From Harriotta raleighana (Eukaryota), in assembly GCA_050575255.1 (NCBI GenBank), contig JBNZDD010013633.1:3275470-3339469 (forward strand): a DNA stretch of 64,000 nucleotides, read 5' to 3'. The notes beneath the pieces are model-generated. The model saw only the letters and a program-made list of their open reading frames with translations. It was not told the DNA's origin and did no database searches. Every line of letters starts with the position of its first letter. Positions within the stretch are counted from its first letter, which is position 1. This document shows positions 12,720 through 23,971 of this stretch, piece after piece. A program made the translations under genes and the position numbers.

Positions 12720-13148
12720 ATAATTAAGAACAATCCTGTGACTTAACACCTTTCATGTCTAGAGGACATCTCAAAACACTTCACGCAATATATTGCAATG
12801 TGCAGTGACTGAATTTTTGTAGGTGAACATAGCAACCAATTTGCATGCAGTAGTGTCCCACAAACAGGGAATGACCAACTTTGCGCAGGGTATTGTTGGC
12901 CAGGACACTGGGAGAAACTCCCTCGTCTTTATGAATAATACCATGGGATCTTTAATGTCCCCCCTGAACAGGCAGACGGAATTTCAACTTATTGTCTTAC
13001 CCAAAAGACAGCATTTCCAACAATTCAACACACCTACAACACTGCATTGATGACTAATTCAGCCTAGACTAATTGTTCAAATCCCAACATAGGGATTGAA
13101 TTTCAGATTCAAAGGTAATAATGCAACCAACTGAACCAAGCTGACACC
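12720..13148 (-). mobile_element. Deu-domain SINE (SacSINE1/AmnSINE1-like), near full length
   Basis: TTGGCCAGGACACTGGGAGAAACTCCC..CCATGGGATCTTTAATGTCC..CTGAACAGGCAGACGG..AAAGACAGCA is the Deu core (reverse complement); head ends CTGAACCAAGCTGACAC. Confidence 0.8.
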
Positions 13149-13164
13149 CATATCCATACCAGAT

Positions 13165-13800
13165 ATCAATCTCACACTGCAGGCTGCGGAGTCTCTCACA
13201 CATGCATTCATAACATCTAGGCTCAACAACACAAATTCCCTGCTTTTCAGCCTCCCCAACTTCGCTCTCCTTAGGCTAGACATCATCCAGAACTCTGCAG
13301 TCCGTATCCTCTCCCGCATCAGGCTCCATGACCCTATCACCACCCTCCTCAGCCGATTCCATTGACTTTCCATCGCACAGAGGATACAGTTCAAGATTCT
13401 AGTCCTCACTTTCAAAGACCTCAATAGTCTTGCTCGCTCCTATATTTGCGACCTCCTATCTCCTTATCAACCTGCCCATTCCCTCCGCTCAGCGGGCCTG
13501 CTTCACATCCCCCACCTTGCTTGCCCTACCATTGTTAGACAGGCCTTCAGCCACACTGCCCCCACCCTATAGAACGCCATTCCACAGTCCCTCCTCCCCC
13601 CCCCTCCCTTACCTCCTTCAAGACCTGTCTCAAGACCCTCCTTTCAACCATGAGTTTGATCACCCTGCATTCCCACTAACCCTGCACGCTTCCTGATCCT
13701 GATCCCCAGCTCATGTCTGAAACACTGATTGTCCACCACCTTCAGATGTTCTCCTGACATGAAAGGCGCTACACAAATGTAATTTTATTCTTATTGTTAT
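13165..13800 (+). mobile_element. L2 LINE, 5'-truncated ORF2 C-terminus plus 3' UTR
   Basis: AAESLTHAFITSRL..IQNSAVRILSR..PIT..L....QRIQFKILVLTFK; tail GAAAGGCGCTACACAAATGTAATTTT. Confidence 0.9.
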
Positions 13801-14039
13801 ATTCATGAATGCTGAAACACCTGTTTCGCTAGAATGCGTGATAGAGCAACAAATAACAATAATAATATTCCTTGTGTTTTAAATCTTACTATATCACATC
13901 AACAAAACATCTGAAAGCATATCCTAAGATTGACTGTAAGGTTACTCATTGCATAATTATAGGTCTCATATAAACAATCCTCCATTTATTAATGAATGAG
14001 TACAGTTCCTTTGATGGCTCCAAGGGGAAATGTACCATC

Positions 14040-14380
14040 ATCAGGCTTTGTACAGGCTGGGAAAGCCTAGAGTTTACTGCTGAGTGAACTGATCTCAGCT
14101 GGGATAGTATTATGTGCAGTATGATTAGCTTTAGCAGTTGTAAAGAAAGAAATGAAATCATTCCAGGATTCTCAATCTCAATTGCTATTCAGTGACCCCT
14201 ATTGGAAAGTGTCAGTATTAAGTTAGGTGAGCATTAGACTTGGGTGTGATGTCTCACAGTTGAACGAATTACTAACATTTACTCCTTTGGTTGGTTCATA
14301 TAGGAAAAACAGAGAGATACCAGGGAGCGGGCAGGCGTGGAGCCATATTCCAAGTCCCAGTTCACATCATTTGTAGAAAA
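14040..14380 (+). mobile_element. LF-SINE-like relic
   Basis: CTGAGTGAACTGATCTCAGCTGGG..GCTATTCAGTGACCCTATTGGAAAGTG..GGTGAG..GTGTGATGTCTC in the order of the recalled LF-SINE consensus. Confidence 0.65.
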
Positions 14381-15369
14381 TCTATGAACAACAAGTCCTA
14401 AAAGTGGTCCCAACCGAATAAGCAATGGGAAGCTTCTCAGACAGAGCTGTCAGTGGCAAGTTATGAGTGGTCTTTCTGATGAACACCAGCAATAACCCCA
14501 TTACACATTTTGGAGTTCCCAGGTCTCACTGTTATCATTCTGCGACTGATACTCTCTGGAAGTAAATATTCAGAGTGACTCCCTCCATGGAGAGCATGCA
14601 CATTCCATTCTAATCACAAGTCATATTTCCATGTCTAGGTGGTGGCTTACAGTATGGTTTGAATACTGTTAAGCATCTGTCACACTGATAAAACAAAGGC
14701 GAAATGGTTCCACTGGTGAATACATACTGGGTGGAATTTCTAACTTTATCATGTTCAACTATCTCAAAAGCTCTTCAGGGGAAATTGCTATCAACTGGTA
14801 TTCGTAATTGGTGGGCAGCTCGATCAGCTTTCTGCTGGAAAAAGTAACATTTTAGCAGGTGAAAGACTGGAAATTTCAGCTCAGAGGAAAGCCAGAGTTT
14901 CTATTTCCTGGTTTCCACAGCAACAAGATCAAAACTCCAGCTCTCAAGCAGCTGAGTCACCATGGCTCAGCCACTCTGTGACTGTGACATCCGTAGAAGT
15001 GAAAAGAAACGAACGACATGACTATGGGATACATTGTCCAGTTATTTGACACCAGCTGGAAACCCCCATTGTGTACTGCTGTTTGTTCATGACAGCACAG
15101 TAACTAGGAACCCACTAAGCATCATGTCCAGCAGTGTGTAAACTATTCTGTCTTTTGTAGATTTAGATCATAGAAAAGAAATGTTCCACCCTGATCAAAG
15201 GAACTCTTGTGTCTCATATCTTTTATACCAAGCTGATCTGCAATTTCTGTTTTTATATGGCCCCACAACCTCTCCCATGATTCAGAAAGCATCACTTAAC
15301 ATGGAAAACCTTTTAAGAGCAGTAGGGAGAGTTCCTCTAAGATCCAAAAAATAAGCAATTAAAGCGCTC

Positions 15370-15560
15370 TTTTAAGACCCATCTCAAGACCCTCCTCTTT
15401 GACCATGCCTTTGGTCACCCTCCTACCCCTACCCTGCCTGCCCTCCCCCTCTCATGATCCCAATCACCAGCTTGGGTGCAGATCCCTCATTGTCCAGTTG
15501 CCTTGGGACGTCCTCCTGATGTGAAAAGCGCTAAACAAATGTAAGTTGTCATTTTTATTC
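15370..15560 (+). mobile_element. L2 LINE 3' end
   Basis: TCTCAAGACCCTCCTCTTTGACC..GCCTTGGGACGTCCTCCTGATGTGAAAAGCGCT. Confidence 0.85.
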
Positions 15561-16189
15561 AATCATCTGATATTCAATTAACTGAATTTGACTCTTATCA
15601 CCGTATTGTGGTAATATAACTTGTTTTGGTGATCGTTCCGCATCAACGATGAAGGTACAGAGGAAGAGCTGCTTGTAGTTGTGTTATTTACTCCTCCTCC
15701 CCCATCCTTAGTTACTCCTCCTTCACCCTCTGCACTGCTTGCTATGCATGAGGCAGGAACGGTTCATGGTGAGTTGTCAGTGACTGTGAACAAACCAGGG
15801 GAGACGGCTTGGCCAGGCACAGCTCTGTTGTGTTGGTTGGAGCTGCCCTGATTTATTTGAGGGGGAAGTTACACTTCCGTTCATACTGTACTTTTCTTGT
15901 GTGGTGGCTGACATTCTTCAAAGCATACCACCAGCGAAGTGTCAGTTCAACCCAGTCAAATTTGAAACAAAAGTTTATTGTGAAACTCAAAAACTGGAGG
16001 ACCAAATCTCTGACCATAGGCTACAGGGATTTGATGATTTACTGACTCTGATCCAGGGAGCCAGATAAATTTAAAGCACAGATAAACAATTGTTCACTCA
16101 CTCCATAGCTGTTTGCAGGTTATTATTTCTGTGCACAAATTGGCTGCCATATTTACCTACATAATACACGGTCACTGCATAGTACATAT

Positions 16190-16526
16190 GGAGTCCTGTA
16201 CTGTTAGAGCACTCGTCTTGCAATTGAGAGATCTGGGTTAAATCCAGGAAGGGTGAAATCTTGGACAAGTTTCCTTACTCCACACACCTATTAATAATAA
16301 CAATCAGAGTCAGTAAATCATCAAATCCCTGTACCCCCAAAAAAGCAATAATAATTTGGTCATTACAATCCACGACTGTTTGTGGAACACTGCTGTGTGC
16401 AATTGGCTGCCTCATTTTGCCCACAAAGTGTAGTCAATTCACTTTACCGTATATTGTGTGAAACGATTTGAGACGTTTAGAATATGTGAAAAGCACTATG
16501 TCAAATACAAGGATTATTATTATTAT
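16190..16526 (+). mobile_element. tRNA-derived SINE, near full length
   Basis: GGAGTCCTGTA head, CAAGTTTCCTTACTCCAC, core and GGATTATTATT tail. Confidence 0.85.
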
Positions 16527-17879
16527 ATCCTGTATGTATATATACAATATATATTAAAAGCTTATACGGATTCAGCCTCAATGACGGTTCCAAGGTTATT
16601 CCACATCTTAACAACCCTCTTTGTTATTTTAGCCATTACCTGAAATCTCCTAACTCAGATGGTCTGGTATAAAAGCAACTTTAGAGGCCGGCTGTCAATT
16701 AATAAATATTGATGTCACTCACTCTGAACAAACATGGCAGCTAAAATGTTTCAAAAAGCTTTTACAGACCAAACTAATAACTAATAGCTGTAGAGTGATT
16801 AGACCTGGAAGTGGTGAATAATAGTTGACTGAAATTCCATTGTCTCATAAAAGATTTGATATGGCAATTATGGCATCGAATCTATCATGAAATGTTCCTC
16901 ATTTCTCTTCAATATGTGCTGACATCTGTGCTGATGTAGATTGAGCTCTCTGTTGAATTGTGCAGCCTTGCTTATGAATAGAGTTTTCACCAGGTCTATA
17001 CTGCAGCGTTTTAATAATTAATAATAGTGCACTCTCTTTCAGTAAAGGAAATTACATTAATGATAGGCGATAGCCAATTGATTCTGATGAGAGCCAGAGA
17101 CCAATCTCCCGCCGCGGTTTTAGTGGATTAAGGGTTCAACATATACATGGAAATTTCCCTTTGTCTGGAACAGGATGTGCACAATCTTTCCAAGATGACA
17201 CACTCAGAGCTCACCGAATCCTGAAAAGTATCAGGCATAGGTTGGCAGGAGCCAAGGTTTGGGGACCCCAGAGGGTGCTTTGGGAAATACTACTAGTGTT
17301 AAACCAAGTAAAACCTACGATTGTGACCACTGACATGCCGATGGCAAGCTTCAGTTTTACTGCATGCAGTTTGGATGGAGTTGGGGAATTTCCCACACAG
17401 TCTCTGTGCTGTATTTAACCCCCTCCCATTACTCTGGGGTGGGCCTCCCGGTTAGTTGCATTGTTCTAAATGATTAGATTGCTGTTTGTTTAGCTACTCT
17501 TTAAGGTCCACTTAATTGATAAGGGTTATTTGTTAAGACTATAGGACTATTTGTTGCTTGAGAGCTAATTTTTTAAAGTAATGTCAGAATGCCAGCAGAG
17601 TAGCAGGGGATGCTTCATTGCTCCCATTCCTCCTGGGGCCCAGCAGAGCGATGATAAAAACAGAGCAGTTTGGAATTAGAGATTGAACCTCTGTATCAGC
17701 ACCTGGTGGAATACCACTTGTTGAGACTAATTATTAAAAGGAGAAATGAGCTGTCTTCTTAGAGGGAAGTTGGATTTTTTTTAAATATAAGAAAACCAAA
17801 GCCACAAGTTTCAAACAAAGCATGAGAGAGAGAGAGATATAAAGCTCTTGGTGCTATCTATTAAGAACATTCGAAAAGA

Positions 17880-18015
17880 GTGGCCCATTGTGCCTGTGTA
17901 CTGTGTAAAGTATACAAATATACGTCAATTCACTTTACAGTATATACCGTGAAACTGTTTGAGACGTCTTGAAGACATGAAAAGCACTAGATCAAATGCA
18001 AGGATTAGAATTATT
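17880..18015 (+). mobile_element. SINE 3' fragment
   Basis: GTCAATTCACTTTACAGTAT...AAATGCAAGGATTA. Confidence 0.75.
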
Positions 18016-18076
18016 GTTAAAGTAGAGAGCAGCAGTTTATGGTTGTTGGTTCAAATCTGGCTAAACAAGTCTTGGT

Positions 18077-18394
18077 TAATAATAATAATATAATCCTTGC
18101 ATTTGATATAGCACTTTTCATATCTTCTAGATATCTCAAAGTGCTTCACAGAATATACTGTAAAGTGAATTGACTGTATATTTGTGGGTGAAATGCAGCA
18201 GCCAATAGCGCACAGCCGTGTCCCACAAAACAGTTGTGGATTGAAATGAACAATTTATTATTGGTTTTTTTGACAGTTTATTATAAGGCATGTGGTGTAA
18301 GGAAACTTCCCCAAGGTTTCGCCCTGCCTGGAATCAAACACAGGTCTCACACTTGTAAGGCAAATGTTCTAACCACTGAGCTACAGGATTCCAC
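18077..18394 (-). mobile_element. Full-length tRNA-derived SINE
   Basis: (TAA)nTCCTTGCATTTGATATAGC ... CTAACCACTGAGCTACAGGATTCCAC. Confidence 0.92.
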
Positions 18395-18439
18395 ATTAGG
18401 TTTTTCCAACATTAGCACGTTCTGCGTCTTGTGTGTGTA

Positions 18440-18630
18440 TGTGTGTGTGTGTTGGGGGAGGGAGGTTAGACCCGGCTTCAATGCCCTCTACTGTTGCACA
18501 GCCAGTTGACCTTCACTGTCAAGTCTCACACGTAAATAATGGCCACTTAAGCAGGGTTTCAAAGGGCAAGCTGTGCCGTTGAAGGATATTCCAGCAATAG
18601 GAAGCTGAGGAACAGGAGCAGAGAGGCATA
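18440..18630 (+). mobile_element. LF-SINE-like 3' half
   Basis: ATGCCCTCTAC..CACTGTCAAGTCTCACACGTAAATAATGGCCACTT resembles recalled LF-SINE CACTGTCTAGGCTCACACATGAAGAATGGCCACTT. Confidence 0.65.
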
Positions 18631-19034
18631 TGTCTATGGGATCGAAATGGACATGGCAAATTTAGTTATTTAAAAATGTGAAAGAGAATGGGGAGACTCT
18701 TGCCTGGAGATGTCCTCAAAGGAAGTTGCAGGCTTTGGGACATCCTCCCAATCTCAAAAATGCTATACCAAATGCAAGGATGAGAATAGTAACTATTATA
18801 GCTGGTTTAGAAACTGTTGTGAAACTGTTGTCCATCTGAACCTTACTCTACCCTTCTTCAATTCGTTAACCCATAGAAATATTTCAATTTATCTTTATTA
18901 CAATAAAATGAACCTTTGGTCTTCTCAATTGTCTATTGGTATTTATAATATAGTTATAACAATGAGCATTACAGATTTTTAAATAAAAACACAATACAGA
19001 GTACTGCTATAATCCGCGTATAGGTTTAACTCAA

Positions 19035-19596
19035 AAATAATCCTTGCAATTAAAATCATTCTTTATCATGTTGGAAGATCATCTCAAAGTGCTTCACAGG
19101 ATTTACTGTGTCCGTGTATTTTGCAGGCAAATGCAGTGGTACCAGTTGTAAACAATAATGTCTCAAAACAGTCATGAAAGACATGAGCAATTTTATTTGG
19201 GGCAAAAACACAAAATACTGCAGATGCTGGAAATCTGAAACAAAAACAGAAATCGCTGGGAACACTCAGCAGATGGGGCAGCATCTATGGAGAAAGAAAA
19301 TAGATACGGCCTGACCTGCTGAATTTTATTTGGGGGTTTGTTGACCAGGATCCAGTGAGAAACTTCCATCTCTTTTTGAATAGTGCCATGGGATCTTTAA
19401 CATCCACCTGAACAGGCATTAGGGACCTTGGTTTATCTTCTCATTGGAAGGACCACATATCCAACAATACAGCACACCCCAGCACTGCACTAGAGTGTTA
19501 TCTTAGATTATGTGAGTTCAAGTCCCGACATGGGACTCAATCCCACAACTTTCTGATTTAGAGGAGAGAGTGGAACCACTGAGTCAGACTGACGCA
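19035..19596 (-). mobile_element. Deu-domain SINE interrupted by a 119-bp insert (19203-19321)
   Basis: GAATAGTGCCATGGGATCTTTAACATCCACCTGAACAGGC Deu core; head ..ACCACTGAGTCAGACTGAC. Confidence 0.82.
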
Positions 19597-20594
19597 CAAT
19601 AACCTAGTATAGATAGGTGAATAGAACAAATTAAGCAAGATTTGGGAAGGGTTGCAGATGAGCTGAGTGTAGTCAGTAGAGTCAGTTGTTTGGTTCCCTC
19701 TGTCCCTCCCTCTGAATGTGGAATGTGATCTCTGCACTCCTTATCACTTCCAAGAGATCATTCAGGAGTGGCACAACTCCGCCCCAGTTCAGTCTTTCTG
19801 TTGATGGCCCTGGGCCACTTTCAGCTGAGTTTCCCTTTTTAATGACATTCACCTGCTGTTTACATTCTCCTGTGGCTTCACTTTGATCTTTGTTTCACTC
19901 CTGCTGGTGCCAGGTTCAGTAACAACAGGGTTTAAGATTGTAAAAGAGCCCATGAAAGTGTAACTTTCACTTGCTAGAGTTCAGAGTTGGAATATAGTTA
20001 ACAACAGCTGTGAAACTGCACTGACATTTGTACTTGGGAGATAAGACTTCATGTGGGTAAATAGTTTTGCACATTTGACAAGTGACGAGTCTCAGACGTA
20101 GTTGAAGTTCAATTTTCATAGGTCTGTTTAGACAGTTAATCTTGGAAGAAGAAGATCATATCTCCTGTTTTTATTTTCCCAATTCTGGTTCGGGTCTCTA
20201 AGCTTTGGTGATGCAAAATGGTGGGAATGTTGTTGGAGAAGCATGGATTGTCACCGTGTCGTTCTTTGAAGTAAATATTTTTTGACTGAAGCTTTTAAAT
20301 CAAGTTTCCTACAATGTGGCTTCCTGGTTGCCTTCACTCTACATAATGTCTTGTTTCCTTTGTACTTGGCGAAAACTAAGACAGAATGGGTTAACAACAT
20401 CAAAGGTTTTGTTTCAGGGTTGAATTAGAAGAATCTTCTTCTAATCAACTGGTAAACTGATCATTATTACATGGATGTGCAGAAAATATAATACATACAG
20501 ATAGTTATTTGGGCCTGAATATTTCTATGACACAGATAAAAATTTGCAAGTGATAACACAGCCTTTTTGCTCTTATCATTACCAATCATGATGA

Positions 20595-20960
20595 AAAAAA
20601 ACAATCCTTGAGTTTGGTTTAGCAACTTGTCACATTGACTAAACAGTTCGAAGCACTTCACAGGATTTTATTGTGAAGTATAGAGACTGTATTTGTAGGC
20701 AAACACAGTTGCCGACACATGGGTGGCAATGTGCCACAAATATCCATGAAGTGAAAGCCTCATAAACCACCATAACTAATTTTATCTAGTTAGTGCTTTG
20801 AGATCATTAACGTCCATATAAACAGGAGGACAAGATCTCAATTTAACATCTCATCCGAGAGAGGGCACCTTCAACAATCCAGTGCCAGCACTTCATTGGA
20901 GTGTCAATCTGTGAGATTAAAGTCTTGAAGTGAGGCATTAACTCAACCTGCACCCTTAAG
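20595..20960 (-). mobile_element. Deu-domain SINE, diverged
   Basis: TTTAACATCTCATCCGAGAGAGGGCACCTTCAACAAT is the Deu motif (reverse complement). Confidence 0.7.
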
Positions 20961-21252
20961 GTGGAGTCCTGCAGCTCGGTGGTTAGAGCACTTACCTTAC
21001 ATGTTCGATTCCAGGTAGGGCGGAACCTTGGGTAAGTTTCCTTACTTCACACGCCTGATAATAATCCTTAAAAAAAAAAATTGGTCATTTTCAATCTATG
21101 ACTGTTTGTGGTACACTGCTGTACACAATTGGCTGCCGCATTTCACCCACAAATATTCACTCAATTCACTTTACAATATATTCTATGAAGCACTTTGAGA
21201 CATTTAGAAGATGTGAAAAGCGCTATATCAAATAATAAGAATTATTATTATT
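20961..21252 (+). mobile_element. tRNA-derived SINE inserted in the head of the DeuSINE
   Basis: GGAGTCCTGCAGCTCGGTGGTTAGAGC..GTTCGATTCC, core, (ATT)n tail. Confidence 0.9.
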
Positions 21253-22734
21253 AAATTTAAAGACTAATAACTGAGGGTATGACTAACCAAGCCAGCCTTA
21301 TGATTATTGACAAGATACTTCTCTATCACCATTAACCATTATTCAGAGGTTGGAGGAGGGTATTTCAGTTAAAGCTATTCCTTAAATAAGACACACAGCA
21401 AGAAATACCTGAATTTTGACTTAACGAAGCATTAGGTGTAATGTAATATTACAAATGCTACCAAATAGTACAGTAATGTGAGCTATAGAAGGACTGAATG
21501 CTTTGGTTAAATACTAAGAATGCCCTTGTTCTGTCCCAATATGAGGCAGAAGTGATGTGTAGAATCATTTAAAGGAGTGGGTCAGAAAGGTCATCCTCTC
21601 TTAGCTTTCAATTACACTACCATGAAGAGTGGATGGTGCAACCACAACAACAAATTACATTTGTACAACGCCATTCAAGTCAGGAGGAGGATGCACATGG
21701 AAGAGAAAAGTTCCCAGGCTTTGGAATTGCACAAGTTGGTTCTCCATCCCGAACTTGTGTGAAGTACAAATGAGTGTGTACAATATCATAAAGAGACACC
21801 TCTTGTTCAGCTGGATGGAAGCATACATCATGGATCAGAAATTGTAACAACAAGTCCTTAAAAATGCAATGTGATCAATGGTTCTCTGAGTTTTTCAGTG
21901 TGCTTTGGCAACAGAGGCATCCGTAGACACAACAGCAGTGCTGGGTTCTCAGAAGCAGGAAGAGTGAGCTTGAGGGATAGGATTCTCTTTGTGTCAGCTG
22001 GGTGTCTGACACATGCAGAAACCCATCACCATGCTTTAAGAGAATCCAAACCAAGCTGAAATTTAAATTCATCCCACCTACACATGAAAATCCCAGAGAT
22101 AGATTGTTGGAATGCGCACTCTCTCATTGGAGGAACACATCCTGCTTACCTGATTCAGGAAAGTATTAATTGAAAGTTGGCAAGAGCCAAGGCTTGAGGA
22201 CCTTAGAGTGTGTGATGGGGTACTGCTGGAGTCTAATAAGCTAAAAAGGCATAGCTTGCCATTGATTTCGCTGACTGGCAAACTTTCCTGCTGCTTGACC
22301 AACTAGGACTAACCTAACAGTCAAGGTTTTGGTTTGCAGGGCTAACAGGAGCTGAATGGTCTGATTCCCAGCCCCCAGTAACTGGTCTGACCTTCTGAGT
22401 CCTGCCGATGAACCAGGATGGCTGCTGTCATCAAAAATGCCCTGGAGTACCATAGACCCAACTCGTTCAGGAATCGGACTTCTGATACCCCCACAGAGAG
22501 CTTGCTCGATTCTGACATTCCTTAAGCCAGGCATGTCATCTTGGAGCCAGTTCACCTCCAAGGATACCCTGTTCCACCCCACACCCAAGGAGGATAGTCA
22601 CTAGTTGATCGTTGAACATCGAGGCATAGCAAATTGGGACCAGCTGATCTTCAATACATCGATCCAGCTTCACCTCCTCAGAGCCAGGCCCCAGCACAGT
22701 TACGTTGGATTACGCATCTAACTCTGCTTGTGTG

Positions 22735-22930
22735 TTAGAGGGTACTGGACAATGTGAGTGAGTGTGAAAGAATGTATGCTAGTGCAAAAGAGAGGGTATG
22801 CGAGAATGTGAGCGAAGATGTGAGTCTGAGAGAGTGGGAATATGCGTGTGAGAGAGAGTGTAAAAATATGATTGTGTCAGCATTTGAGAATGTATGTGGA
22901 AGGGTGTGAGAGAGTTTGAGAGAACTTGAG
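22735..22930. repeat. Degenerate (GT/GA)-rich low-complexity tract
   Basis: Many GAGAGT/GTGAG/AATGT units. Confidence 0.6.
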
Positions 22931-23971
22931 TAATAGGAGGAGGGGGAAGAGAATCCGTGTTGGGAGCGTGCTTGGAAAAAGGTTTTGAATGTATAAAAGG
23001 GAGCATGAAAGAACATATAGCAAGACTTCTTTTATATTATAATATTTATATATCTAAGCCAATTGTACAGTGATTTACTTCAGCCACATGGCATTTCTTC
23101 TGAAAAATATAATCAGAAATCCATGAAAATGGAGCATTATACAGAATGGACTTCAAACTTCAAACTCTCCTAGAAATACAAGGTCACAGAGATTCACATC
23201 TCGACTCAGTCCCTTTCTTCTGCTGACTTTCACTTTCATCATTCTAATTTCACAATTATTTTAATTCAGTCTATGACTAAGGCAGGGAGTTTCCCCAGGA
23301 CATTGATTTAATTAGTCCTGAGCAATTCTTCCACATGATGGTGGTTCCACAGCACTGTTTAACCAGATCAGCAGCTCATTAATGCAAACCAAACTCTGCT
23401 GAAAGCTTGGGATTCCATCTAGTGCTCTTCTTCTAGTTCACTTCTGTCTCTGCACTGATCTGGGAGTATGGCTTTTAACCAATGGATTGCTGGAAACTAT
23501 TATTGCATACAACTGAAGTGTGTGAATTATGTCTTCTGGGTTGGAGTCGTAAAGGAGTTGTGAAATTAGTAGCTTGGATATTAAAAGCACCTTTCTCCAA
23601 TATACCAAACATCCCAGAACAAATCTGTCATTATGGTGACCCATTGTGCTCAGGCTCCATACATCCCTACTCCACTGGATTATTTTTCGTTGCAAACTAA
23701 AGCACTTCAGAGATTTTTAAGAACTTAGAACTAATGTATTGTATTTTTTAAATGGGTTCTTGATTAAGGAATCCTGTGAGAATAACTGTAAACCTGTGGG
23801 AACTCTGCAGCAGGGGTCTTGTTGATGGATGTGACGCACATTCAGTTACCAGAAGGAGCAGGAAATTTGCCAAGTTCTTGTTAAAAAATTAGATGCAATT
23901 GTTCCTTGGCAGGAGTTTTGATTATTCCGAATGTGAGATGAATTGAATTATCTTCTCTCATTCCTCACAAT

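Noticed and set aside
14728-14884. Short TIR-like ends (GGGTGGAATTTC / GAAATTTCAGCTC), similar at 34398-34470
   Set aside because: Too short and degenerate to call a MITE without a copy-number search.
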